DNA from: Monocercomonoides exilis PA203
Taxonomy: Eukaryota; Protista; Preaxostyla
DNA: 64,000 bases
Direction: 5' to 3'
Assembly: GCA_001643675.2 (NCBI GenBank)
Contig: LSRY02000001.1
Span: forward strand, 434,001 to 498,000
In this document: positions 34,201 through 44,932 of the stretch, one piece after another
How the letters are laid out: each line of letters starts with the position of its first letter
How positions within the stretch are numbered: position 1 is the first letter of the stretch
Program-made: the position numbers and the translations under genes
The notes under the pieces: model-generated
The model's input: only the letters and a program-made list of their open reading frames with translations
Told to the model about the DNA's origin: nothing
Databases searched by the model: none

Positions 34201-37200
34201 ATTGGTACAGAACGAGTGACTACTTTGAACAGCTTGCTTGAGATTAATTCTGGAAGTCTTTTGATTTCAGGGCTGCAGATTTCGACTCAGTTTACTTTTG
34301 CCAAATCTCCCATTTCGCTTGCTGATTTGCTTATTTTGGTGAAAATAACTGCGTTGAAAATTGGAACAAAAGTTTCTTCCTCACCTTCTACAGCACATGA
34401 AGATAATAACGATATCTCTCTAATTGTGCATGATGGTTCACTCATCGGAATTAACCGTAACACAATCAATCTGAACGGAGATTTCTCTTTCATCGAGTCT
34501 GCAAATGGACCAGCGCTTATTAACATTGGAAGGGATGGACACACCTTTGTTTCAAATAGCCACATTGCACGATGTCTTAACGGAGCTGCAAATGAAGGCA
34601 AAGGGGGAGTATTTGAAGTTTATTCAAATGGGGAACTTGTGCTCCAAAAGACTGTATTTGAAATCTGTGGAATGAAAGGCGAAGGAGGCTGTGGAGGTGC
34701 TATTTATGTGACAGAAAGTGCTGAACTGGAGCTTCATTCGTGTATCATTAAGAGTTGCTTCACTGGAAAAGGCGGAAAAGGTTGTGGAGGTGGACTGTTT
34801 ATCGACAGGGATATCGGCAAATTTATGTGCGATGGAGTAATCATCAGTGGATGCTCCACTTTTGGTGGATGTGGAGGGGGGATTTATGTGTATGTGAATG
34901 CAGAGGGAAATCTGGTACAAGCGCAAATCAAAATAACGTTTGAAGGAAATGGGAGAGAAGAAGAGGATGCTTCGGCGAAGGGGAAAGATGCTTTTATAAG
35001 TGATACACAAGCGACCGAGATGACAGCAGAAGCAAATCCGTTTTATTTGTGCGGCACGAGCGAAGTTGGAAGAAAAGTGTATTATTCGAACTTGGCGATT
35101 GAACCAGCAGTGGAAAAGGAAGAGGAAGAATGGCTCAGCCACGACAGCAGGAAGAGGAAAGTGAACACGAATGAAGGAACAGCCGATGCGAATTGCGGAC
35201 TATCCAACGAACAACCTTGTAAAACGATCAAAACAGCAATTGACCTGTTTCCAGCTCAAGTCGGAGCTGGCGATGATGTTGAGAAGACTGTTGAACTTTC
35301 TGAAGAAAACGATGAAAGTGAGAAGGAGACGATTCTTGTAACCAAAAAGAAAGTTACAATTGAAGGCAAATTGAAGGAAGATCGGAGCTTTGCTTCAATT
35401 ATTGTGACGAACCTCGAAGTCGCAGGCACATTATTCGCAATTGATACAGACGGAACACTGAACTTAAAGAAAGTTCAAATCACGCACAATTCAAAACACG
35501 AAGAGAACTGCCAGTCTTCTCTATTTCAAGTGAATGAAGGCTCACAACGAGCGAACCTAATTCTTCAGAACATTCAGATATCAACAGAAGTAGATTACAG
35601 CTTTGACAAGCATTTCACAGCTTCGCTTATAAAGTCTTACAGTGGAAAAGTACGAATTTCTGATATTTCAATCAGCTCGTTCTGTTTGGAACAGCCGGCT
35701 ATCAACATTGTCGGCTCCACTTCTTCACTTGTCATTGGGGGAAATTCAACAATGAAACATCTGAGCCAGCCAACAACCGATTCACCAGCAGGAATTCTTA
35801 TTAACACAGGTGATGAGCCTATTGATGTAACAATTGAAGGCATAAGTATTGTTGATGCGAATGCGCCTGCTTCAACAAAAGGAGGTGGCATTTGTGCATT
35901 GCTGAATGATGAAAGTAGCTCATTTCATTTGTGCAGCGAGAAGACAATCAGCTCAGAAGAGAAAGTTACTTTGAGCGGATGCCGAGTGTCGAGCGAAGCT
36001 GGAAAAGGGGGATGTATTTACCTTTCAATGAAGCATAGTGTGGATGTGAAGTTTCCGAAATACAAAACAAACATCCTTTTTGACTCAGAAGGAGATGTGA
36101 AAAGCAATGCACTTAAAGGGAAATATCTATTTTTTGAAGCAAAAAACCTGCTGAACTGCGTCAATGACGAAAAATTTGGCTTTTTGGTTGAAGATCACGA
36201 AACATACGGCGACTGGCCTAATTTGATTGGATGCGACAAAGCAGAATTTGCGAATGATGAAATAGAATTGTTCAGACTTATCTTTGCAATTGCCGAAAAC
36301 GTAATAAAAGTCGATGTCAAAGACGGCAAAGATGTGACGTGGTGTGGAGGCGAGCGAAAATGCAAGAGCTTTTCTTATGGAGTCAGCCGTTTGGACTTCA
36401 AATCTACCAATCCTTCTCTATTTCTGTTGGGAAGCAATCCGTTTCCCGTCTCTGAGCAGCTTGTCTGCAAAGGCAGTGAAGGAAACCTCAAAATTTGTGG
36501 CGACAGTTCTTCTGATGCTAAAGCGAATCTTATTTTTGCAGCTAAATTTTCGTTGTTAGATAAAAAAGATGAAACGAAAACGAGCTGCATTTTGTTTGAG
36601 ACAGGAGCAGAGATTGAAGGATTATTGATTTCTGTTCCTGTTATGTTTGAAATGGGCGATTTGACACAGCCAAAGGCTATTTTTGAGCTGAGAGGCACTT
36701 CTGGATGCCTGAAGCTGAACAAGGTGACTTTTTCTCAGAGAGAAAGCAAAACGGAAAGCGAATTGCAAGACTGTCATATATTAAGGAGAGATGGCTCAAT
36801 GAAAATGATGAATTCAACAATTGACTATGCATCGGAATATCGCTTGGTTCAAGTGAACGATGGTTCTGCTGAATTTATTGAAGTGCAGCTGGAGAATCCC
36901 AAAGCCAAAGACTTTTTGCTCTTTTTCTTTTCTCCGTTCTTTATTTCTGTGAGCAGTGGAGGACATTGCACTCTTTCCAACTGCACATTCAGTGACATCA
37001 AAGTCACAATAGCAAAAGAAGCTGTTATTGATTTAAAATCATGCGAAGGTGCAACAAAAGAAGTGACATTTACAATTAACAAATGCACATTCGCTAATTG
37101 CATTTCTTTCAATAATCAAAGAGAGGCTTTAAGCATAAAGTCTTCTTTAAGCACTTCTCGAATCCAATTTCTGGATGACGGACCAACATCGTTTCTATCC

Positions 37201-40200
37201 TGTGAAGCAAAGGGTGCTGAAACTAGAGGAGGCGGGCTGTATATTTACTCACGCTCAAGTGAAGAACCTTTTGGAGGAGTCGAGTTTCCCAAGAAGAAGG
37301 AGAACTTTGTGATCAAAGGCGACTGTCATGATCATGAAGGGAAAGGGGTATTTCTTGATGTGAGCAATCTTGTCAACACAGTCTCAAAAGAGAACTTCGC
37401 ATTTGCTGAGATGATCGACAAATCACAGCGAAAGTCATTGCTGTGCGGAAGAGATGACAGCGTGTTCACAGACAAGCCAATTGATTTGTATTCATTTCTA
37501 TTGGATGAATATTTCAGCGATGTTATATTTTTGAAAGGAGAGAATGTGGACACAAAACAGGCACTCACATCTTCGCAAGCTTTGTTTACATTCTGCGGAC
37601 ATTTCAATACTCCGTGCAAGTCATTCGGTGAAGGACTGAAGCATTTCTCAAAGGATTCTCAAAGGAACAAATTTGTCATTAAGAAGAAAGTATTTGCAGA
37701 ATACACCTATTTTTGGACAAAGTTTGATGAACTTTTCGTAAGCAGTGAACCCGAAACATTCTTCAAGAAAACGGATTTAACAGAAAACGAATGTTCTGCA
37801 ATTGAAGATGATAATCAATATGGCATACTTGATTTTCCTTCGTCACTCACAACAGAAAACGACTATCAAGCTGTGATGTCTTTTGATTACCCCATCACTT
37901 TCTCACATTTGGTTGTATCGTTTCCACCATCGTTCAAAGCAGACACTTCTTTCGAAAGTTACGCAAACAGAGAAGAAAGCCATCTGTTCAAAGACAACCA
38001 ACAAGCAGGCTTTGCTCCGAGAGGTTTGTTTTTTTGCAATGGCGCTGGAACAAATGGCAAAATCTCCTTTGAATTCTGCACATTCCTTCTGTCATCAGCT
38101 CCAACAAAGGGCTTGGATTATTTCATCATATCTTCTTCTTCTGGAATGATTTCGTTTAATGATGTTGTATTTGATGGAGCGCAACAAGCAACGAAATCTG
38201 TATCTGAATCACCAAACATCAATTCCCACGCAAACGATGATGAGAATTTTGTACTATTTAATCGATCTCCAATTCAAGTTATCGGAAATGGCGCTTCTGA
38301 TTTAGGAATAAGCAATTCGTCGTTTTCGCACATCTCAATCGCAAAGGGGCCTCTTTTGTATTTGGAGCACTTGCGCTGTATTGAAATTAACGAATCTTCG
38401 CTTAAATCAATTTATAGGAATGGAGACAGAGAGATGAAATCCTCAAATATTGGCGGATGCGTAATCGATATTGTCGAGCAAAAAGAGGAACTTTCGATTT
38501 CAATAAGAGGAACGCATTTTTCTCAATGTACATCCCATCTTTCAAAACAAGGAGGAGCTATTTCAATAATATCTCCAAAAAAAAGGAATAATTTGAAGCT
38601 TCACATCTGGTCTGGGAGTTTATTTGAGCAATGTTCATGCGACAAGGAAGAAGGAAGAGGAGGCGCAATATCTCTTGTCTATCCAGAGATACAGAATGTT
38701 TTGTTTAGTGAAATACATTTTGAAAATACGAACGAAGCAAAGATTGGGAAAAATATTTGGATAAAATCCAACAATTATGACGAGTATATGATGTCTTTTG
38801 CATTTGACTTTCTGAAAAAGTGCAACAAATATGAAGGAGCAGAAAATGCCTATTCAATTAGCATCAGCAAACCAGAAGCGCTGGAAACTGATTTGATTCC
38901 TATTTTGAACCAAAAAGAGGCAGCAGTCAGATATGTTTCGGTTGACGGAAACGATATATTTGAATTCTGTGGGATGAAAACGCTGCCATGCAAAACCTTC
39001 AAGAGGGCGTACGATTTGGAAGCCCGCTTTTCTCATAGATATCGTCTTTCCATAAGATTGTTGCGCAAAACAATATTTAAAACAAAATTTCTTTTCGGTA
39101 ATTTTAATTTCACGATAATTGAGCCAGCTAGTGACCAAACAAAAGAGATTGTTGAATTTCAAGCTGCTAATAATTCATATCTCGCAAAATTCATTATACA
39201 CCGGCCGTTACTATGCAATAATATTGAGTTTTTGATGGGAACGGATGGAAGCAACGAATGTGGAAAGGAAAGTTCAACAGAGAGTCAAATGCTGCCATCA
39301 GACAGTATATCAGTAGATCCATATGAAGACTTTGCTTTTTATGTTGCATCTATCTCTGAGGCAGAAACACCACAGCTGTTTCTATACAGCTGCAAGTTTA
39401 AAGCAGGTACTCTGTTTCATTCTTTGGGAAACATTATCGGAGTTGGAGGGGGAGAGCTCTTTATGGATGATGTTTTATTCGACGGGATGTGTACTGATTG
39501 CGAAGGAAGTATTATATATGTTTTGAAAGGAAATGCCATCATCACTGAAACTACATTTAAGGGTATTTCAATTAGAAAAGGAGTTTTAATTGATCTTTGC
39601 GCTGCAAGAGAATGCAGATTTTCACATTGCCAATTCTCTTCAATCATTCTGAATTCTGATTCTCTTATAAATACTAGAATTCCTTCTGAAAGAGATCAAT
39701 CAGCAGGTCAAAAGTTATCTTTAGTGTTTGATAATTGCAAATGGAGAGATATAACTGGAAGTCCTTGTTTGAGTTATTCAAGTTTGAGCCGAAGTGCAGA
39801 AATTGCGTTGTCAAAATGCTCATTCACTAAATGTGATTGTGGAAATTCTTTTGCTGTTGTTGAAATTTCAACATATTTCCCTGAAATTATCTCTTTTAAT
39901 AAGGTGACTATGCTGGACTGCAAGTGCAGAAAAAAAGGAGCCGTTTTTCTTTCGCTTATAAAATCAGAAACAATTACACGATCATCAATTTCCCTCTCTT
40001 CAGATTTTTCGATGTTAACATCACACGAGCCGCAAGGCGATGATGATACAATTATATTTAGGAATTGCCTGTTTATTGCTAATATCAGTGACTCCCTTGT
40101 TTGCCATGTGTGCTTATGTGATTCAAGAAAAGACTTCATTAAAAATACAGTATTTGACGATTTGTGCTACAGTAGCTCAAAAACAAAATCAGTTTATCTG

Positions 40201-42873
40201 GATGTGAAAGTAGACCCATCGCAAAGCGGATGGAAAGATGATTGGATGCAATTTGATTCATTAGAGCGATTTGTGGATGAAAAGAATGGGGATGACTCAG
40301 AAGGATGCGGGAAAACAAAGTACAGTCCATGTAAATCCATGGATAAGACCTATGATGAAACTACAAATATTGCTCAAGTGAAGTACTTTTTGTTAGGAAC
40401 GGATTTCGAAATCTATAAAACATTTCATATCAATGATCGAACAATCGAAATATGCCCGTTTGAAGCAGAAGAACAGATGAAAGAGAACAAAATAAGAGTT
40501 TCTGGAGAATCAAATGACAATAACTTTGTTATGCTCAATGGCGTGAAAAACGGGAGAATTTTATTGAAAGATTTGTGCTTGGTGAATGATGCTGAGAAAA
40601 TAAGAGGTGCAGGGGTGTCAAAAATCATTTCGTTGACAGATGAAGGTGAAGAAGTCAGTCTTGAGTCATGTGATATCTCTGGGGAAAATACAAAAGGAAA
40701 AGTGGTCACAACAATTCTTGTATATATTTCATGTGGAAAGCTTTCGCTTTCTTTTGTGAATGTGCGTTTCGATGGTGGAGATACAACACTTCCTGCAATA
40801 TTTTGTGAAGAATGCGTAAAGTCCATCACATGGGAAGGCGGTTCAATCACAGCTGTGAGCAAAAAAGGAGATACAGAACAAAGAGGAAGTGCGCTTGTTG
40901 TAGATTGCAGAGGATATAAAGAGTATTTATCAATTAAATTGGACGATATTATTTTTGATAGCTGCACTTCAAGCGAAAGCGATTGCGGAGGAGCAATGTC
41001 AATTTTTCTAACTTCACAATTGAATCAGGCAGTTCTGCATTTATTAACGTTCAAAAAATGCGGATCGAATATTGCAGGAAAAGGAAAAGGAGGAGGATTA
41101 TTCGTTTCATTCGCAGAATTTGCAACAGATGATATACCAATTCTGTTCAGTTTAATATCATTCGAAGATTGCTCATCAGCAACAGGGAACGATTTGACGA
41201 TCCAAAATGACAAAGGAATTGAAGGAATTACTTCCAGTTTATTTGATATAGACTATGATGAATTGTTCCACAAAAAAAATTTATTTGTTGTTATCGATGG
41301 AGTTGGTAAGGTACATGATTTACTGACTGGCCCTGATGCGTTGCCTTATTTGGGAAGCATGATTTATTTGTCTTATGATGATGGAACAGATTATAATGAA
41401 TGCGGAATGAAAGAATGGGAATGCAAAACAATTGAATATGGAATTCCAAAGCTGTTTCGAAATGAAAAAAGCAAATGCTTTTTGATTTTGGAAACTGACA
41501 CAGAATTAAATACACTTTGCAAATTTGTCAAAGGGATGACTTTGCAGTCATATGATGCTGCTGAACGAAAAACTATCAAAGTTACAAATATTGATGAAAC
41601 GGAAAATGGATTCGCTTTCCTTGCTGAAGCAGACAGCGAAATGCAAAATCTGAATATTCGATATTCACGCGATATATTTTCAGTTTGTAGATCATTAATT
41701 AAAGTTGCAAATTGCGATTTCTCGATTACGCACGTGAGCATCAGCATTGCGGAAGAGACCGAACAGCCTCTTCCAACAAATCTGCTTTATGCTTCTTCCG
41801 CTTGGATTTATGTGAGTGACTGTCAGTTTATTGGAATGAAGCAAGAAAGTTATGAGGAGATGAATCCCGGACAATTTGTTGAGATTAAAAATAAACGCTT
41901 CGCAGAGAATACAAAACTGAATTCAAGAAACAACGGTCATGGAAATGAAGATGAATGCTCTTGGAGTTTTAGCATGGTGCAATTGTACTCTTCGGATGCA
42001 ATTTTAAGTAATGTTTCAATTGAGAGATCATATAAATACGGTGGACTTTCAATTTTTAATTCAAGTTCTATGAAAATTAATGAGGGAATTTTTAGGGAAA
42101 ATGGTGCTGATGCCATATCCAATCCTGTTTTTCCATCGATCAGACGTAATATTATATGCAGCACAAATCAAGGCAATAAAACAACTGTTGAGCTTGAGAG
42201 CTTGCAACCTGACAGCGATGGAATGAAAGAAGGTACCACGCTGTGGATGCACAATTCTGAAGGGGATTCTTCTTGCTTAGTAAAAGGGAATGCCGTTCAT
42301 TATCTAACTGCGTTGTATTTTGTGCCTTCAATTGAATCTGTGGAAGCAAAGGAAGATGGAAACTATCTTCGTGTTACCATTAATGGAAAACTACTTCTTC
42401 CATGTAACACACTTGTCACTTACGTTGAACATTATTCAAATTCATCGAAGGAGCATTCAATCTATGGATTAGCACAAGAATCAGAAGATAAATTTTCGTT
42501 TGCAATCGGTCTGAAAGGATTTTTGGCTCTAAATGTTTCCGTGAAGTTCTACTTCAATGCAAATGATGAACGAATCTTCATAGAGAAAACTGTTCCTTGG
42601 AACAACAGCCACATCGATCCCCCGAACATTAACCCTCCAAGTTCATCTTATGTTTCTTTGATTGTTTGGCTGTCTGTTGGAGGAACTATCATAATTGTTA
42701 TGTCTATTATGATAATTGTTATCTGCTTCAAAAAATCCAGAAAAGCTTCAACAAAATATCAGCGTATAAATGTTGATGTTTCAACGGAGCATTCATTAAT
42801 ATATCATCGTGAAGTTTCTGGTGAGCATCAATACCAATCTTCCACAGCTGATGAGCAAGCAATTTTTTGTTGA
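31258..42873 (+). CDS. Giant (3,871 aa) Cys-rich beta-helix Pmp-like type-I surface protein
   Basis: Intronless 11.6-kb ORF with signal peptide MCWSFVFALFCFCLS, nine CG-x4-5-PC-K-[ST]-type modules, many GGAI/GGGL and FxxN/FxxC motifs, C-terminal TM LIVWLSVGGTIIIVMSIMIIVICF followed by KKSRK and a short tail. Confidence 0.92.
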   Translation: MCWSFVFALFCFCLSEDIVVAFVSDDGNGFCSSEAQPCKSFEEAFSVMDTCGCHELTINIVTEITLLSDITLNFPEPGMEIRSSSNSSSKIILPKVIKHTGYEHYPIQNKGYLMLRNIEIYQPPVLYDEEKIIKDGVLCSRYYFSMTDCKLSFDNPANVDIETCRFFIIGHFLLTRLTIDITKTTVFTNFLFEEIFSSYQTAGITDCRFSGMTFSKGAFTRFTDAMLTFTNCSFENISSLGNWAVLTLDNRDRDNLETGTIINNVTFENCNAPNSYSGGAMNILLDKQSTLTVKGSQTLFKNCGCDTTKTGKGGGIYIFGDLDIELMFEKEIRFDDNKASFGKNIFIFNASLEAIVQKDHFLFAADDNGEFIWKENELMGTKYSQEKHFIEDFYYYTAEDENLNLLMFLCGIKRTSIYLSRNGKDQIYCGGTSYPCKSVEFSVSQFDLQSASSKTLYLPGLSLTYLNKAFLLEKEINSVAFSVSRSFEQSNNAQMAEIIILQSIEALSDAERGCVNCHYTTSFHSIQFDLPENFTSSAVLPTSVISWKFDEHSATLFIRKCVICIPDNVLKPLEYRFLYGEGGSVKIVETQMIGKEESKITTRWEESPFLINKMSGDLTISGLTIERITMEYEACVSVTSSGESSEVKVSIANSTFQSITSKHSREGGALDIKLIEGGASVMFEDIGITSFTSCAAEGRQSKGGGLYIEMTGENSHFQVPKDSSLIVFGEGNRATFGTGMFLTWTNLETKKDELIPLGEVFKETENVAAVCDRESMGKELDLLVYLKVVDDAAKSNIVYTGKSDWAELCLVEEYPCHSISSAMKCFTADDKQKRIIVCGEVEIETDLAWGSATNKEIVISSLPFDEIHSRNVDHSHFMNSQSSRKLQKSNQFEKSRMILAANAVVKAQGGAAIKNTQTLTIEHITFLINELNKDFHPSNLISSGGSTTELKSQSTDRENVSELSSQSDCSISLTDVRVSTYIGTERVTTLNSLLEINSGSLLISGLQISTQFTFAKSPISLADLLILVKITALKIGTKVSSSPSTAHEDNNDISLIVHDGSLIGINRNTINLNGDFSFIESANGPALINIGRDGHTFVSNSHIARCLNGAANEGKGGVFEVYSNGELVLQKTVFEICGMKGEGGCGGAIYVTESAELELHSCIIKSCFTGKGGKGCGGGLFIDRDIGKFMCDGVIISGCSTFGGCGGGIYVYVNAEGNLVQAQIKITFEGNGREEEDASAKGKDAFISDTQATEMTAEANPFYLCGTSEVGRKVYYSNLAIEPAVEKEEEEWLSHDSRKRKVNTNEGTADANCGLSNEQPCKTIKTAIDLFPAQVGAGDDVEKTVELSEENDESEKETILVTKKKVTIEGKLKEDRSFASIIVTNLEVAGTLFAIDTDGTLNLKKVQITHNSKHEENCQSSLFQVNEGSQRANLILQNIQISTEVDYSFDKHFTASLIKSYSGKVRISDISISSFCLEQPAINIVGSTSSLVIGGNSTMKHLSQPTTDSPAGILINTGDEPIDVTIEGISIVDANAPASTKGGGICALLNDESSSFHLCSEKTISSEEKVTLSGCRVSSEAGKGGCIYLSMKHSVDVKFPKYKTNILFDSEGDVKSNALKGKYLFFEAKNLLNCVNDEKFGFLVEDHETYGDWPNLIGCDKAEFANDEIELFRLIFAIAENVIKVDVKDGKDVTWCGGERKCKSFSYGVSRLDFKSTNPSLFLLGSNPFPVSEQLVCKGSEGNLKICGDSSSDAKANLIFAAKFSLLDKKDETKTSCILFETGAEIEGLLISVPVMFEMGDLTQPKAIFELRGTSGCLKLNKVTFSQRESKTESELQDCHILRRDGSMKMMNSTIDYASEYRLVQVNDGSAEFIEVQLENPKAKDFLLFFFSPFFISVSSGGHCTLSNCTFSDIKVTIAKEAVIDLKSCEGATKEVTFTINKCTFANCISFNNQREALSIKSSLSTSRIQFLDDGPTSFLSCEAKGAETRGGGLYIYSRSSEEPFGGVEFPKKKENFVIKGDCHDHEGKGVFLDVSNLVNTVSKENFAFAEMIDKSQRKSLLCGRDDSVFTDKPIDLYSFLLDEYFSDVIFLKGENVDTKQALTSSQALFTFCGHFNTPCKSFGEGLKHFSKDSQRNKFVIKKKVFAEYTYFWTKFDELFVSSEPETFFKKTDLTENECSAIEDDNQYGILDFPSSLTTENDYQAVMSFDYPITFSHLVVSFPPSFKADTSFESYANREESHLFKDNQQAGFAPRGLFFCNGAGTNGKISFEFCTFLLSSAPTKGLDYFIISSSSGMISFNDVVFDGAQQATKSVSESPNINSHANDDENFVLFNRSPIQVIGNGASDLGISNSSFSHISIAKGPLLYLEHLRCIEINESSLKSIYRNGDREMKSSNIGGCVIDIVEQKEELSISIRGTHFSQCTSHLSKQGGAISIISPKKRNNLKLHIWSGSLFEQCSCDKEEGRGGAISLVYPEIQNVLFSEIHFENTNEAKIGKNIWIKSNNYDEYMMSFAFDFLKKCNKYEGAENAYSISISKPEALETDLIPILNQKEAAVRYVSVDGNDIFEFCGMKTLPCKTFKRAYDLEARFSHRYRLSIRLLRKTIFKTKFLFGNFNFTIIEPASDQTKEIVEFQAANNSYLAKFIIHRPLLCNNIEFLMGTDGSNECGKESSTESQMLPSDSISVDPYEDFAFYVASISEAETPQLFLYSCKFKAGTLFHSLGNIIGVGGGELFMDDVLFDGMCTDCEGSIIYVLKGNAIITETTFKGISIRKGVLIDLCAARECRFSHCQFSSIILNSDSLINTRIPSERDQSAGQKLSLVFDNCKWRDITGSPCLSYSSLSRSAEIALSKCSFTKCDCGNSFAVVEISTYFPEIISFNKVTMLDCKCRKKGAVFLSLIKSETITRSSISLSSDFSMLTSHEPQGDDDTIIFRNCLFIANISDSLVCHVCLCDSRKDFIKNTVFDDLCYSSSKTKSVYLDVKVDPSQSGWKDDWMQFDSLERFVDEKNGDDSEGCGKTKYSPCKSMDKTYDETTNIAQVKYFLLGTDFEIYKTFHINDRTIEICPFEAEEQMKENKIRVSGESNDNNFVMLNGVKNGRILLKDLCLVNDAEKIRGAGVSKIISLTDEGEEVSLESCDISGENTKGKVVTTILVYISCGKLSLSFVNVRFDGGDTTLPAIFCEECVKSITWEGGSITAVSKKGDTEQRGSALVVDCRGYKEYLSIKLDDIIFDSCTSSESDCGGAMSIFLTSQLNQAVLHLLTFKKCGSNIAGKGKGGGLFVSFAEFATDDIPILFSLISFEDCSSATGNDLTIQNDKGIEGITSSLFDIDYDELFHKKNLFVVIDGVGKVHDLLTGPDALPYLGSMIYLSYDDGTDYNECGMKEWECKTIEYGIPKLFRNEKSKCFLILETDTELNTLCKFVKGMTLQSYDAAERKTIKVTNIDETENGFAFLAEADSEMQNLNIRYSRDIFSVCRSLIKVANCDFSITHVSISIAEETEQPLPTNLLYASSAWIYVSDCQFIGMKQESYEEMNPGQFVEIKNKRFAENTKLNSRNNGHGNEDECSWSFSMVQLYSSDAILSNVSIERSYKYGGLSIFNSSSMKINEGIFRENGADAISNPVFPSIRRNIICSTNQGNKTTVELESLQPDSDGMKEGTTLWMHNSEGDSSCLVKGNAVHYLTALYFVPSIESVEAKEDGNYLRVTINGKLLLPCNTLVTYVEHYSNSSKEHSIYGLAQESEDKFSFAIGLKGFLALNVSVKFYFNANDERIFIEKTVPWNNSHIDPPNINPPSSSYVSLIVWLSVGGTIIIVMSIMIIVICFKKSRKASTKYQRINVDVSTEHSLIYHREVSGEHQYQSSTADEQAIFC

Positions 42874-43427
42874 TTAATCAGATACATTTCACACAATGAG
42901 TTCTTAATATTGTTTTTCATTTTTTTAAATATCTATTCTTTTTAACATTTGTATGTTTGTCTATTCTTCTACATGTTTTGCTGTCTTTTTTTTAAATTAA
43001 TGTTTATATTTATCAAATTCAGTTCTATTTAATGATATTTTGAACGTTTGTATGCATTTTAAAATATTATTTTTATTTCAAAAAATTTTTTTTGACAACA
43101 TATTTGATTTGATTTTTTTTTCCTTTAGTTCTGCGTTGTTTTTTTTTTTAAAGTTCTGCAAATGAGTAATTTGAATCTATATAGTCAATAACTTTAATTT
43201 AAATATTTATTTATTTTCACAACAATAATTTATTCCAAGCTCACCGTTTCGATCGGTTGTTGAATTTGGTTTATGTAGGGATTTGTTTTGTTATATTTTC
43301 TATGAATTTACGTTTATCGATTTTAAAATCAGGAATTTGATTATTTAATTTTTTCATTTCTCATTAGAAAAAGTGCTTTAAAGAAATGCCAGTTAAAATA
43401 AAATCTTATAAATTCAAATGAAAAGGT

Positions 43428-43430
<3 letters not shown>

Positions 43431-43517
<87 letters not shown>
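43431..43517 (+). repeat. Poly(A) tract followed by (AG)n
   Basis: About 56 A followed by ~15 AG units. Confidence 0.95.
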
Positions 43518-43519
<2 letters not shown>

Positions 43520-43605
43520 ATATGGAATAAGTTTTTCAAAGAAATGTGAATAAAAACTTTTTTTTTCCATTTCGAAAGTTACGTTACATGTTTCTGATTT
43601 TTCAG

Positions 43606-43993
43606 AATTTTCTGCATTAAAGAACAATATCGATACCAATTGATCTCACCCATAAATAATTATTTAGGGTTTAAATTCACATTTCATTTACGTTTGAAAG
43701 GCGGTTTTAGGGTTAGGGTTTGTACTCAAATCAACTTGCAAGAATTTTGTAATATTTTAGGGTTGTGTCTGGAATCTTCTTTTTTGGGTTTTGACCAGAA
43801 AATGTTGACTTTTCTTTGATAGAAAATTTTATGTTAGGGTTTTGAATAAAAGAATTTTTTTCAACAGAACCCCTTGGGGTACAAGTATGGTCTTGCTGTT
43901 AGGGTTTCATGACCGTATTGCGAAGGGTCTCTGGTTCGAATCCCACTTGACCGTTCTAATTTTTTTTCATTTTTTTTTCGGATGCAGAAAATT
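43606..43993 (+). mobile_element. Diverged copy of the TTAGGG + tRNA-like cassette element
   Basis: Colinear with 44933-45331 (taccaattgatc, gttttagggttaggg, gttagggtt..aataaaagaa, agaacccc.tgggg, ggttc.a.tcccact.gacc). Bounded by a perfect 12-bp IR (aattttctgcat/atgcagaaaatt) with CAG on both sides. Confidence 0.7.
43876..43967 (+). ncRNA. tRNA-derived Pol III-like unit (degenerate A box, perfect B box, oligo-T)
   Basis: GGTTCGAATCC at 43933-43943, A-box-like TGGTCTTGCTG at 43888 and T8 at 43960-43967. No clean cloverleaf. Confidence 0.45.
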
Positions 43994-44932
43994 CAGTCTT
44001 GTTCATATATTATCTTTTCTTTTGTTGTATCTTCAACATCGAAAAGGAATCTTTGTTGGCTTTTGGATTTTCACCATCGAGTTTGATGAGGAATTATGTG
44101 GTGGATCTCTTGTCGTCAGAGCAGTTAATCCTTCCACATATGTCTCATTTTTCATTCACACACTACAAGTGCTCTTTTTCGTCCTCCAAGAAGGGCAAGT
44201 TCAATGAAATTGTGAGGATGAAGGAAGCCAAAAGAGAAAAAGAGGATTTGAAGGAGGAGATGAAATAGATGCAATTTGATTTTGTGAAGATTGAAAACAT
44301 GACAATTTAATGAGGAAGAATTTAAAAGAAGAAAAGATGAAATTGTGAAAGCCATGAATATTTTTTTATTTAAATTTTGTTTCTTCATTATATCAAAATG
44401 AAGCGTGATAAAAGACATTAAATGTTAATATACACTTCAAAATTTGACTTTTAGCCAATTTGTGAGATGGAAAAAAAAAGATAAAAATAATTCAAGAGGA
44501 ATGAAATGAAATGAAATGAATTTGGTTAAACACTCACAAAATAATCATATAAATTCAATGACGAACAAATGCCATATTTTTTCTTCACAAAAGAAATATT
44601 TCTGCAAAGGCTTGCAATGATTTCTTCGTATCCTTCTTCTTCCATCATTTCAAATATCTCCATTTTTGTCACTTTTCTTTTCTCTTCCTTTTCATCCTCC
44701 TTTTCTTTCAATCTTTCTGAAATATTCAAAAAGAAAGCAGAACAATCCCATATCACATTATCGTTAATTGTTGGCTGCCGAATTTCCTCCAAAACAGCAC
44801 CAACAGCACTTCCTCTCAGCAATCCATCAATTTTAACATTTCTATAACCTGCTGCATCTCTGAAAGAATAAATGCATTTTGTATGAATTTCTATGTAATT
44901 ATCTCTTGATGCTCGAAACACTTGAACAATTC

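Noticed and set aside
43431-43517. Poly(A) as a retroposon tail
   Set aside because: No associated element body or TSD identified; it grades into an (AG)n microsatellite.
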